NCBI GenBank assembly: GCA_965235115.1
Contig: OZ249436.1
Location: 25,608,001 to 25,672,000 of the forward strand
DNA from: Laetmonice hystrix
Lineage: Eukaryota
Direction: 5' to 3'
Length of the DNA: 64,000 bases
The position numbers and the translations under genes were made by a program. Of the stretch, positions 33,159-46,389 are shown one piece after another. The notes under the pieces are model-generated. The model was not told the DNA's origin. It saw only the letters and a list, made by a program, of their open reading frames with translations, and made no database searches. Numbering within the stretch: position 1 is the stretch's first letter; the number at the start of each line of letters is the position of its first letter.

Positions 33159-34808
33159 AACAAGGCATAGTAAGTCAATGCGAGCTCGCATGTCAAACCT
33201 AACCCGCCCCCCAGCACATGAGCTGAAAATATTCAAATAGCTTGAAAACTAGAATATAGCTTTGCTTAATACCATTATACCATCAACTCGCATAACAGGC
33301 CTAATGCGAAGCTCCCAGCCTAAAACGAGTTTCCAATTAATTTAAAGTTAACAAGATGCACTAATAATCGATTCCAAGCCTAATTAGGCCATTGCTAGTT
33401 GGATAACCAAATCTCATACAAAATACACCCTCCCGGCAGATGACCTGAGAATATTCAACTCTTATGTCCGATATATCCCTGTCCGCTTAGTAGCACCCAG
33501 CCGGGCCCCCATTTTGACATTGCAACACCAATACAGCAAGTGCCCAGCTAACAGCACAAATAACAGGATTCAGGGCTTCCTACCACGTTACAAGTCACAA
33601 TAGATTGCTGCCTGTCGTAAAAATATACCAGACCATTTTAAAAAGTCACAGAAACCCAATCCGGCCCTAATATGTCACTCCCAGTACCAATACACGCTGG
33701 AAGCACCATCAACTGAAATTCAGGCCTAGAACCCACCTCTCTCTACCAATATCATGCACCTAGTCCGTATACGAGGTTGTAATTTACTTTAATCAACGGG
33801 CTGCGCCGCAGCAACCCACTCTGGTCTTTGCAATCTTTTTCAATATGCGTTAACATTTGTGACTAGCTCAACGCGCCTTGTAAAATTTTTCAAAGTGCGT
33901 AAAAGTGTGTGTCCACCCCGACACGCTTTCCTAACCACCATACCCACCGAGCGACATCCACTCAAATACAGGCTTCGACCGATCCTCACTGTGCCAATAA
34001 TCCGCCACAAGGCAAATTCAGTCAATGCAAGGTGGAAAATCGAATGTCAAACCTAATGCTTCCCCCCCCCCCCCAGCACGTTTACTGAAAATAATCAACT
34101 AGCTTGAAAACAATCTACTTTCCCAGCGCCATCAACTCGCATACAGGCGTAAAAGCAAACGCACTGCCCCATATAATGCTCCCAGCCTAAAACTAGGTTG
34201 CAATTAATTTAAAATTAACAAGATGCACTAGTAATCCGATCCAAGCCTAATTACGTCATTGCTAGTTTCATAACCAAATCTCAGAGAAAATACCCCACCC
34301 CGGGCACATAACCTGAAAATATTCAACTTTTATCTCCAATATATCCCTGTTTGCCTATTACCACCCAACCGGGCCGAATTTTGACATTGCAACACAAATA
34401 CTGGAAATACCCGCCTAATGGCGCAAATAACTTTCTACCCTGTTGCAAGTCACATTAGCTTGCTGCCTGTCGTAAAAATGGTGCAGACCATTTCTAACGT
34501 CACAGGACCCCCACTCCCGGCCTAATATTACGTTTTCAGTATCCATTATGCTGCAAGCAGCAGGAACTCGAATACAGGCCTAAAAGTAACCCCAGTCTAG
34601 CAATATCATACTCCCATGCCGTATACGAGCTTGTAATTATCTTTAATTAATGGGCTCCGCGGCACCAACCCACTGCATTAACATTTGTTTACCAGCTTAA
34701 CGCATCTTGTAAAAAATTTTCAAGTGCGTAAAAATGCGTCTCCACCTCCACCCACTCTAAAAATCACTATACCCACCCAGCGACATCCACTCTAATACAC
34801 GCCTAAAA
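33159..34808. repeat. 1753-bp satellite array, block 3
   Basis: Resumes in register after the LINE; the A monomer here carries the right-arm variant alleles. Confidence 0.96.
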
Positions 34809-36202
34809 ACGGCGGAAAATTAGTATTATTACTAATTAGGAAATTCTTAAGAAGTCGTAGTTGCCCAGACGTCGGTTTCACAGGGGCGTGTATGCGGGAC
34901 GAAATGTGGCTAAGTATCAGTTCCCTTGTTTTCCGCCTATAAATAATGGTGTCGTTGTGTGCATGGTTTGGTGCACGCGGAGAAGCGTTGTTTACTAGCA
35001 ACGCCTGGTTGTTAGGGTCGCGTTCAGTATGGCCGCCATGTTGTGAGTCTTGAGGATTCGGTCAACTGTGAAAGGGCAACATAATTTAACAAAGGACTCG
35101 GAAAGGTTTCTTCATGAACTATAGTGTCTTACAGCTTTACCAGTTACTGCAATTTTGGCGACTTGCGGCTCTTTTCATATGTGATGGTTGTTGGCCACGC
35201 TTGACTAGGTTCGGCCGGGTGTCCCCGGTTGAGGCGACCACATAGCCTATCATAGGCCTACATGTGTGACATTGGTTTAGCACCACGACTCCATGAGAGT
35301 CAATCCAGTCGGTAGTCAGAATTGGTGTTCATGCTCCTACTTACTGCTTACAGATGATAGTTCTCTACTAAATTTGAAGTTGTATAGCGTTGTTATAGCC
35401 TGCTGTCCCCAACAGTGAGTAGGCCTAGTGCTCAGTAGTTAGGCATTCAGGGTCTCGTTTTAGGAAAACTTTGCAGCATTATATTAAATATGTTTCAACT
35501 GGGAATGCGTATTTACACTGTTATACCATGTTACTATTGTTAGTGCGCTTATGGTCAGTAAATCTATGACATACCTTGGGGATACTTTAATAATCTAAAT
35601 TAGAAATACTTTGGGTCTCTTGTTATTTGAGTGAGTAGTCCTTACAAATGTAAGGATTCTCAGTTAGTAATATACCTCTCAGCCTGATTCACGCTAAAAA
35701 TAATTTGTTTCATGTTCATTATCCGCGCGCCAAATTTCCTAGGTTAGGACTTCTTTGTTACTAATGGTGCTTGTCTTTTAATGTTATAAATCATTGTTTT
35801 TCATCTGATACATGTATAAAAGAGACTGCCATTTCAGATTATGATAGAAGTATTAGAACAGTCTCCCAATGGAAATCGACTTTGGCATTTGTGAAGAGGA
35901 GCTCTTACATGTGAACTCAGATTCCTCGTTCTATATTAACGGGTAGGCCTACTTGGGTGGAATCTTCAAAATTTCTTCGTGAATATACCTTCCCTCTGTA
36001 CGTTCTGGCCTTTCAGAGTTGATGTTGTTATAATGCCTTCACATCCCACTTACATAATATAACCTAGATAGTACTTTCACCAGCTTTACGTAATGATAAC
36101 GAAGATCCCCGCCGCCAGTGGTTCAGCAGTTAATGGTCCCTTATTATTGTGAATTTGCAGGAGGCCACTAGTGGTAAGGGCATTTTGGTTGCGGTCGGTT
36201 AA

Positions 36203-36680
36203 AGGTAATATGGCACGAATTTCAAATAATACGTCGTGTTTCAGCAAAAATATGTCTGCAATACGGTTCTCCTATATATGTTCTAAAGGTCCCCTACCTG
36301 TTTATGTAGCTTTGGCCAGTAATTTTTTATCTTAATGTGGTCTCTGAAAATGACACGCTTAGATTCTGAGACCCCGGGAAGTGCAGCCATCTGGGTTTTG
36401 CACCCTTTTCACGATCGGCGGATGGGCCATTATAGTCCCACTGTTTACATCTCTAGTAATCACAGCGAGAGTCACGTGATCATGGGACCCATTTAAACGA
36501 TTCACGGCAGCCATATGGCAGATTCATAGCACTTTGCGGACAATGCAGCTAGTTTATTCATTTCTGTACAATGTTAACAGAATCAATATGAAAAACAATC
36601 CGTGCCATAAAGTACGTCATGGGTGAGCAGTTAACCAGAAAACTAAGATTTCGGTTGATACCCCCTGGGACATATTTCCT
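36203..36680. mobile_element. Kolobok-like MITE
   Basis: TTAA on both sides; termini AGGTAATATG / CATATTTCCT. Confidence 0.72.
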
Positions 36681-36729
36681 TTAAGGTGTGTGAGGACATT
36701 CGCAGCCCGACTTTGGGTTGCCGGTACTA

Positions 36730-37245
36730 ATGGTCTATGCCTGTATCCATTGTGTCCGAGAAGGGCTGTATAAAACCACACCAGTTCCTATCGTGATGGT
36801 CTATGCTTATACCCATTGTGGCCGAGGCTGACGGTCTGTATAAAATCACACCAGTTCCTATCGTGATGGTTTATGCTTATGCCCATTGTGGCCGAGGCTG
36901 ACGGTCTGTATAAAATCACACCAGTTCCTATCGTGATGGTCTATGCTTATGCCCATTGTGGCCGAGGGTGACGGTCTGTATAAAATCACACCAGTTCATA
37001 TCGTGATGGTCTATGCTTATGCCCATTGTGGCCAAGGGTGACGGTCTGTATAAAATTACACCAGTTCCTATCGTGATGGTCTATGCTTATGCCCATTGTG
37101 GCCGGGGGTGACGGTCTGTATAAAATCACACCAGTTCCTATCGTGATGGTCTATGCTTATACCCATTGTGGCCGAGGGTGACGGTCTGCATAAAACCACA
37201 CTAGTTCCTATCGCGATAGCATATGCTTTTATCCCTTGTGGCCGA
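36730..37245. repeat. 70-bp minisatellite
   Basis: CCAGTTCCTATCGTGATGG (with minor variants) at 36781, 36851, 36921, 36991, 37061 and 37131; degenerate copies again at ~38190-38410. Confidence 0.92.
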
Positions 37246-37253
37246 AACGTATA

Positions 37254-37970
37254 TATCGGGTGGATAAAAAAAAAACGCCCCGAACTTTCAACTTTAATAT
37301 TTCAAAAACTATGCATTATAATTCAATAAAATTTCTCTTAATATCACTTCATGATATTATCTCTAGTATGTTAAAGTTTTAGCTCAATAGTTGTGATATT
37401 AATTCCGTGGCGCTAAAAACAAAAATCACTGTCTAAAAACACAATGCCGGAATTAGGTCAAATATCATGCAGCTGCCAGGTGTCCAATTTGGTACCTGTT
37501 TGATGCATCGCCTTGTACCTTGGGTAAAAACATTTTCAATATTTAGTTTTTGCATGTTTTACAATATGTATAATGTTGTGGACCACTAGATATAATAAAT
37601 TATGTGCTATTCCTAGTACTTTTAGAGAAAAACAGATGTTTAATGTGCCAAACCCTACAGAGAAACTGCAACATGAGGACGATATGACTGTAACCAGAAG
37701 TTCAAGGGAAATCGTATCATTATCACGTTTAGCAACACACTCAGAACGTTGCATATTTTCCAATGTTGGGAAGATATTTTCCTATCAGAGATCAGGAAGT
37801 GCATTAATATGGAAAAAGAGACTGAGTGCAGTATGAAGTGAAAACGGGGGACCGATTGACCACCTACTCTAGTGTGAGGCCAGGCACTGCTTTTGTACAA
37901 TGAATTACAATCATTACTTTTTGAGATATTGAAGTTTAAAGTTCGGGGCGTTTTTTTTATCCACCCAATA
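37254..37970. mobile_element. Tc1/mariner-like MITE
   Basis: TIRs TATCGGGTGGATAAAAAAAAAACGCCCCGAACTTT / AAAGTTCGGGGCGTTTTTTTTATCCACCCAATA flanked by TA; related copy at 57576. Confidence 0.82.
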
Positions 37971-39304
37971 TAAGATCACACATCCTAAGAGCTTTTAGCA
38001 TGAAGAATATTCAGTATATCGGAACACCAGAGCAGAAATGTTGGGGCGACGTTACATTTTACAAGGTTACCCTAAGCTTACAGCCTCCACCCTCTCCACC
38101 ACCACCGAAGTCAACTCAGGTGGAGATCTTCCAGAGTGCAACAACTAACCGAAAAAATGTGGCGTATATCTTTTGTGACCAAAGATTACGGTATGTATAA
38201 AATTGCACCATTTCCTATTGCTTATATCCACTGTGGACGAAGGTTACGACATGTGTAGAATTGCACCATTTCCTGTCGTGATGGTCTATGCTTATATCCA
38301 TTGGGCCCGAGTTTGACGGGCTGTATAAAATCACACCAGTTCCGATCGTGATTGCATGTGCTTTTATCCATTGTGGCTGAAGGTGACAGTATGTAAAAAA
38401 TCGCACTTCCTGAAAGCTTTCAGTTTGAAGAATTTCGGAACACCGCGGCAGAAATGTCAGGACATGTAGTTGATTATTTATTCTCATGGGGGGTGTTTCA
38501 TAAACCGGTGTCGTTAGTCGCACGACTAACTACAGTGTCGCACGATGCTGTCGTGTTTCATAATATTACTTTAGTGTCGCACGATAGAAACAACTACCGA
38601 TGGGTTTACTGTAGTTACTTTCTGTTTCATAAAGAAATCGTACGACTAACTACAGGAATCGTGCGACAGTATTACTGTGGTAACCGGCGACACCCCAGGG
38701 GGGGGGGTGTCGTAGGATTTTAAAAAGAGGCGCAGGACCTCTTTTTGAAACCCAATATGTGGGTTCAAACTTCAAACTTCAACATGGCGGAAGGAGGGCA
38801 CGTGTTAGAAGTGAGAAGAGATAAGGCGCCGAAAATATACCACCCGCGTCTGGACCCAATCGGCCACTTCCCGGTCCATCAGTTTCTAAGACGGTATATA
38901 GAATTGATCGGCAATCTGCAGTGGAGCTTTGTGGTGCATATGAAAGAGGAGGGTAATGCACCACTCACTGCACAGGACCCCAGATGTGGAGGGTTAACTG
39001 CCATTCAACGAATACGTATACATGTATATTATTTAATGTGAAAGGAAAGGTATGTAATGAATTTATAACTTTAATATATCTGATAAATACCTGTAGTGTT
39101 TCCAGCTGTTTGGCATGTAAGATTTATTGAAAATTTTAACATAATTATTTCAATGTCGGATATCAGGAAAAAAATTAAATAAACTCTGGCCTCCTAAACT
39201 GTGTCACTACGCCACCCCTGCACACATATAGTTCTTGTCTTGCTGTAAAATAATGACTATAGTACTAATCAACAATGATGAACTAAATAAAAAATAAAAA
39301 GATT

Positions 39305-39377
39305 TGTATCGGCTGGGATTCGAACCCGAGACATCTGCCATGAAGGTCCTACACTCTAACACGGAGCCAACCATACA
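39305..39377 (-). pseudogene. tRNA-derived sequence (pseudogene or SINE head)
   Basis: Minus strand has an A-box-like TGGCTCCGTG, B-box GGTTCGAATCC, a partly paired acceptor stem and a downstream T run. The anticodon arm does not pair. Confidence 0.6.
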
Positions 39378-39435
39378 CGGTGATAACTTAGGCCTATGTA
39401 TTATGTCATAATTTGTGTTATAGCAGGCATACTAC

Positions 39436-40080
39436 GTCATAGGTCACGTGACCTAAAAATATGTCTATTGGTGTTGAATAGGAACTATGGGTCCAAGTTC
39501 GACCATTTACAAGTTATAGCCTTGAGAAAATATAGATTACCTCCTTATGACTTTCTACCAGTGTTTACTAGGAACTATGGTTTTATCTTCAACCATTTAC
39601 AAGTTACACCCATAAGAAAAGAAAGATCATATCCCTATAAGGTCATAGGTCATGTGACCTAAAAAATGGTGTCAAAGGAAAGAGCATATGCGACTTCCTA
39701 TTAGCATTTAATAGTAACTGTGGCTCTACGTTCAACCAGTCACAAGTTATAGCCCTGTGAATATATAGATAATCTCCTGATGATGTCATAGGTCACGTGA
39801 CCTAAAAATAATGGTGCCAAACAGAAGAGCATATGACTTCCTATTAGTGTTCAGTAGTAACTATGACCCTAAGTTCAACCATTTACAAGTTATAGACCTC
39901 TGAATATATAGATCATCTCCTGATGACGTCATAGGTCATGTGACCTAAAAAATAATGGTGTATAATGAAAGAGCATATATGACTTCCTATACATATTCCA
40001 TAGAAAGTTTGACTCTATCTTGCACCTTTGTTGAGTTATAGCCCTATATTCAGACTCATGTTCGAGGTCACGTGACTTCC
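39436..40080. repeat. Degenerate repeats containing TCATAGGTCACGTGACCTAAAAA
   Basis: The motif recurs at about 39438, 39643, 39786 and 39929. Related reverse-oriented sequence lies at 61400-62220. Confidence 0.7.
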
Positions 40081-42508
40081 TCAATACCATCGTTACGTTA
40101 CATGTCGTGGAATCGTGCGACACTACAACTATATTTTTGACGACAGCACCTACGACATTTACAAGTGTCGGACGACAAAATCTTCGATTTACTTACTAAC
40201 TACATTTGTTGTGGACGACAATTTTTATGAAACGAAATGAACGACAGGTCGGGCGAAGATCGTCCAGCCAGTGTCGTCAACGTCCGACAATGACGACTAA
40301 CGACACCAGTTTATGAAACACACCCATGGTTGTGATGAGCCCCGCCATTTGGTGGATTGGCAGTATGCTGTCCCGTTTAAGATGGTTGCCTGTTAATAAG
40401 TACGTGGTCGCGTTTATTCCTCGTCAGAAAATTTTGCAAAATGTGGTCTGTCGCCTCCTTATTTTATTCGCCAGGATGGCCTTAGGTGTGGTTGTGGCGA
40501 GATTATCAGTTGAAGATGATGTTCATGGCACAGTGGGATTGGACAGCAGATCAGTATGTCATTGGAGGTTAATCCTGAGCATACAACAGGAAGAATATAT
40601 CCGGCATAATGGAAGACACTGACATAAGAGATGAGTGGTGTATATATGGATGCAGCGTCTGCTACGTGTTTCCTGTACGGAAGACGCGAACCTATAGGAG
40701 GCTTTTGTAGGCGCTATGTATCAGGTGGTATTACCCTTGTGTCCCAAGCGACTGAGAGGGTTATGTCTAGAACAAATCTTGCAAATTACTAGTTGTCATG
40801 ATAATGTCATATATGACTTCGGCTTACTGAAAATTTTGATCTGTTGTGGAGGTCGTGAAGATTAATTGTAATTATGATTATCTCTCTGGACATGGCATGA
40901 TTCGTTGCATAATCCTATGTGTATATATATGATATATATTGTGCTTGACGCATGTTGGATGTAATATTCTGTGGTGTGCTGACGGTTTTAAAGTTTGTCT
41001 AGTTCTTGTTAATGGAACAACACTTGTTGTAGGTGTGTTTATTTCATTTCCTCAGGTGCAAGGATGAAGATAGAGGTCGTTCACGTAGCATCGAATTCGG
41101 TGATGTTCAACTAGTTTGGAATCCGAGAAAGAAATGGATGGGGTCCAGTTGGCTTAGAAATGATCAAACCAATGTTGTGCTCGGCACCTCAGGAGCCCCT
41201 GTTTAGGGCAGTTTCTCAAAGCAGTGGATATAAGGTTTAACAGTTAAGGCCCATGGTGTCGACGATGATTACAGTAAGAACCATTTGAAGTGGTCTTCCC
41301 GCAGTTGTGGGGACTACTTTTTCTCTTACCAGAGTTAGTGGTGGATTTGGTGAGCCAAAGGTGTGGCTCTGCAAAAAGGGGTCGCTTATTCTCATACCAG
41401 CAGGTGCCCAATGTACGGAGCAATGCTTCCAGTCGGTCTTGGGGCAGGTACCATCAAGTTAAGGTTGTCTTCCCGCAGCTGTGGGGGCTACTTCATCTGG
41501 TAGGAGTCTAATTGGATTGTCTGAAGCGATAACGGCAAAGTCGTGTTTCTACGGCAAAAGAGCTGCTTTTATTCATATCTTCAGGTGGCAGAATTAACAG
41601 ACCCATGGGTTCGACCGACTTACGCTGAGGATCGTCAGGCTAAGATTGTCTTCCCGCGGCTGCGGGGACTGCTTCTTTTCCCACCGGAGTTTGGATTCAA
41701 CAGGCCCTTAATTTGAGTTAGGTTGCCTGAAACACCGCAGCGCCGAGGCAAACTAGTAGTTATACAGCTGAGAGAATGGGTTCATCTCATATCATCAAGT
41801 ATTGGAGTTTGCGTGCTCTTGGGTTCAAGATGACCTACACCAAGTACTCTCGAGCAAATTGTCTTCCTACAGCTTAATTGTTAATACTTCAGCTTGTTCA
41901 TATTCACCAGGCTCTTTACTATGCTGGGACAAAGGTATGCGTCTGCAGCTGAGAGGGGGGCTGCTTCTCATATCATCGAGTATAAGGAGGATCAGTGAAC
42001 TCGTGAATTTAAGCTCACTTACGCCGGTGCCATTCAAGCTTAAGTCGTGTTGCTGCAGCTGAAGGAACGGCTTCTTCTCACATTCAGAAGGTATCTGATT
42101 AGCAGGTCCATGGGGTCCATGAACTAGCCATGCATAGTCACAACATGAGGATGCTGGGAAATTCATAAAACGTGTATTAGGTGGAGTTCCTATGCATACC
42201 AGTATAATATTAGTGAACGTTAATGTAATGACAAAATAAGAACTGGAGTTATGTTCAACTGGTGTATAAAAGGCCAGAATTCTGTTAATCTGGTTACCAG
42301 GCGGATCGTTCAGGTGTTCAGAGAATTTAGTACACCTAGAGGTCTTTATACTCCAAACAGATTTTCCCGTCTTGGTAGGGGTTTTTCGCCAGAGTATGTA
42401 CGTTCCCTTGCCAGTTGCGTTCTAGGTTAGGTTATCTGGGAGGTCAGCCATTTTACTCTCCCAGAGCTTGTGGTTGTTGGGCCCAGGTTGACCTGTGGTC
42501 ACCCGGTT

Positions 42509-43394
42509 GGCCGTTGGGCCCAACTGCTACAGGAGTCTGACGTTACTCTTCCAGTAGCCACGGGAGTAACTGGATGGGAGTTCCGCCTTCTGGACAACGA
42601 TTCCACTACGTTATGCCACTTCCCGTAGAAACGGGGTGACGGTTATTGTAATATTTAAAGACTGTCTCCGATAATAGACTCATTCATGATTGTAGAGGAC
42701 TTGTTGACATGTTGTTGTCCATGCCCGAGGCATCGGGAGGACAACCTGTACACCAAACTTCAATCTGTAACCTGGAAAAGAAAACTTTGTTGTTGAATAG
42801 TAGAAATAAATATTTCTACAAAAGGGTGTGCGCGTTTGTCTGACTGAAAACGGCATTTTGTGAGCGAAATAGCATTTCAGTCAAGACAACAAGCGCCAGA
42901 TTTGTTTGCCTATATGACGGAACTGGTTGGTCGGTGGGGCATGCTGGGAATGCCCCCTCGCGGTAGTTTTAACGTTCGCATACGTTTGAGATCAGCCACT
43001 TTGCACCAGGACGCCATTGGAACAAGTTGTTACCCGCCCCCACCCCTGGCGCCTCCTGTTCTTGGAAGGCGTCTTTTGGTCTCCAGGGGCCGTTGGGCCC
43101 AACTGCTACAGGAGTCTGACGTTACTCTTCCAGTAGCCACGGGAGTAACTGGATGGGAGTTCCGCCTTCTGGACAACGATTCCACTACGTTATGCCACTT
43201 CCCGTAGAAACGGGGTGACGGTTATTGTAATATTTAAAGACTGTCTCCGATAATAGACTCATTCATGATTGTAGAGGACTTGTTGACATGTTGTTGTCCA
43301 TGCCCGAGGCATCGGGAGGACAACCTGTACACCAAACTTCAATCTGTAAACTGGAAAAGAAAACTTTGTTGTTGAATAGTAGAAATAAATATTT
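42509..43394. repeat. 307-bp direct repeat pair (42509-42815 and 43088-43394) bracketing the internal junction copy
   Basis: Near-identical copies at offset 579, each ending in AGAAATAAATATTT. Confidence 0.93.
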
Positions 43395-45519
43395 TTATGC
43401 AGGCAACACTCGGAAACAGATAATGTTGTTATTTGGGCAACACCCGTTTATTATAATATTAAAAATATAAGTTGGACAGTGAGCCCACACTGCACGTGTC
43501 CAACATTAATTAAAGGTTTAGGACAATTAGGTTATTTCTGAACAGAAAGGGTGTCACCATCCCATTTATGACAATGAGCCCACACTGCATTGTCATGGGA
43601 ATAGATATGGTAGAAAATTACAACTAACGGTAACAATAAGTAAATGTCCATGAATTGGTATTACTCTTGACAGTGAGTCCACACTGCACCGTCTCGAAAC
43701 CATTAATGTCTATGTTCCCAAATCTAAAAATAGGAACATTATCGTTCAAAAATATGTGTTAAAGGGTTAAAAATGTGTTGAACAGTTAAATGTGAGTGGC
43801 GACGCAGGCCACTAACCTGCTTGGAACAAGCAGGTGGAGCCACCCACAACACACAGTGCAGGGATGCAGGGAAATGAAACGCCCATTCTGCAACCGATGC
43901 AAATCATCTGCTTTCCCTTGTTTCCTTGATTCTTTGAAGGTCAAGTTGAGTTAATGATTGTGTCACAAATGTTATGGTATGAAACTCAACCATGGAGTTT
44001 CAAATATATTCCCCACACAGGGCAACTGCAAAAAGAATGGAGGTATAGCTCCAATAAAAACATCTTGTCGATCCAACGAAGATGGACACCGGCTAGGCCT
44101 ATTATCTAGTCAGATCCGAAAAACCGCTCCAAATCCCACTTTAACTGAAGCGTCCATACCAAGTTTCAAGGAGACACCGCGATTGTTGGTGAAAAACATT
44201 CTTTTGCTAATATTATATGATCATACAGATCACACACGTAGATCTGCCCTTGCACCACTGCATCTGGCCACAGCAAGAATGGTCTGGAAGAGACTGGGAG
44301 TACCCAGTCAAGGCTCAGGCCGGGCCGAACTCCCATGTCCAACCTCCCTGAACAGTCGTAAATGGGAACTGTCTGGACACCAGCCGCGAATCCTTGCGAA
44401 ATAGTCGAGGCCGACCCGGTTCCGCTTGACCCATAATGAGACGCTCCCTCTTGCATGGGGGCATGGAGATCGGAGAATTCCGTGGGAGCTTGGGCTTGGA
44501 CCTCAATCGTGTAGTCGCCATCATGAACAGAAGCCGTACAAGGGAACAGGCCAGGGTAACAACCCGCTCATTGAAGTTGATTGAATTGAAGGGCTCATTG
44601 TAGAGCCAAAGTCAATGACAAAACCCCCAGATTAAATAATTCATGTTGTGTATAACATTGGCCGTATAGGGCAAGTATAATATTATACTGAATAATTCAT
44701 TTAGCATAATGTAAATCGTTACGTAATATACGATTATGAAATTGAACTGATATCTACGAATTTGATGATAGAGATAAGCCTAGATGATATGTCAATCAGT
44801 GGCGAAAAACCATGGTTTACATGTAATAATAATACATATACATGTATAATAACATAAATGTAATATAATATAAATTGAACGTAAATCAAATGTTAGGCAC
44901 ACATGTGATACTGATAGGCTGCTAATCCAGGGGAAACCCACGATCTCCCAATGGCATATACGGCCAACAAAATATTGTTAATATTATAATAATGTATCTC
45001 TGAAGCAGCAAAAAGTAAAATAAATATACATGTAAATATAAAGAGACTGAACATTTGAACTGCTGTCGCGCTGATCCAACAGAACACTCGATGGTCTCTC
45101 AATGGCTGAGCCTAACAGTGAACACAATATTTATGTCGTGAACGTATCACATCACTTGATGTAATTGCAACGTAAATAAAATGGTTAAATGTGAGCCAGA
45201 TCTTAGATGGGCTGCAAACTCAGGACAGTCGAATCCCAGCGATCTCTCATTGGCATTGGCATATATGCAGTGGCCAATATCAATTAACTATAATGTTGAA
45301 TCACTGAAGCAAAAAGTATAATAATATAAATATTAAGAGACTGAAAATTTGGGACTGGTATGTCATATGAGGCCAATATCAAGTAAATATAATATTGCAT
45401 CACTGAAGCAAAGACAAAGTATATTATATAATCTCAATAAAAAAGACTATGTATCGTGTACATGTCACATCAACAGTAATGAAGTAAAGTAATACAGTAT
45501 GAATTGAAATAAATCAGTC

Positions 45520-46380
45520 GGGTAAATGTGAGCCAGACATGAGAAGGGCTGCTAATTCAGCATAAGCCCAACGATCCCTCAATGTCATATCAGGCCAATA
45601 TCAAGTAAATATATTGCATCACTGAAGCAGAGACAAAGTATAATATCTCAATAAAAGAGTCTATGTATCGTGAATATATCACATCAACTGAGGTAATATA
45701 ATATGAATTGAAACAAATCAATTGGGTAAATGTGAGCCAGACATGAGAAGGGGCCGCTAATCCAGCATAAGCCCAACGATCTCTTAATGTCATATCAGGG
45801 CAATAGCAATAATATATTGTATCGCCGAAGCAAACACAAAGTATTGAAACAAAATCAATTGGGTAAATGTGAGCCAGACATGAGAAGGGGCTGCTAATCC
45901 AGCATAAGCTCAACGATCTCTTAATGTCATATCAGGCCAATAGCAATAATATATTGTATCGCCGAAGCAAACACAAAGTATTGAAACAAAATCAATTGGG
46001 TAAATGTGAGCCCGACATGAGAAGGGCTGCTAATCCAGGATAAGCCCAACGATCTCTTAATGTCATATCAGGGCAATAGCAATAATATATTGTATCGCCG
46101 AAGCAAACACAAAGTATTGAAACAAAAATCAATTGGGTAAATGTGAGCCAGACATGAGAAGGGCTGCTAATCTAGCATAAGCCCAACGATCTCTCAATGT
46201 CATATCAGGCCAATAGAATAATATATTGTATCATCAAAGCAAAACAAAGTATTGAAACAAAATCAATCGGGTAAACTAAATGTGAGCCAGACATGAGAAG
46301 GGGTTGATAATCCAGCATAAGCCCAACGATCTCTCAATGTCATATCAGGCCGATAGAATAATATATTGTATCGCCGAAGC
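45520..46380. repeat. ~137-bp tandem array
   Basis: AATGTGAGCC at 45729, 45866, 46003 and 46140; degenerate copies back to ~44900. Confidence 0.88.
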
Positions 46381-46389
46381 GAAGTAAAA

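Larger units (their letters stand above)
38489..40325. mobile_element. Non-autonomous TIR element (PIF/Harbinger-like)
   Basis: ~32-bp TIRs GGGGGTGTTTCATAAACCGGTGTCGTTAGTCG / CGACTAACGACACCAGTTTATGAAACACACCC, 3-bp ATG duplication, subterminal CGAC/GTCG motifs. Confidence 0.75.

Noticed and set aside
35839..36062. Spliced coding exons in the 14.5-kb insert
   Set aside because: Joining the apparent exons gives only a ~40-aa peptide with no recognisable motif.
39305..39377. Functional tRNA gene
   Set aside because: The anticodon arm is unpaired and the acceptor stem is bulged; kept only as a tRNA-derived remnant.
42538..42640. Hammerhead or twister ribozyme in the 307-bp repeat
   Set aside because: Hairpins are present but the CUGANGA core is absent (CTGACGT), and the twister consensus could not be matched by eye.
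43471..43693. Iron-responsive elements (CAGUGU on the minus strand)
   Set aside because: The loop is 11 nt, not the 6-nt CAGUGN loop on a 5-bp stem with a bulged C.
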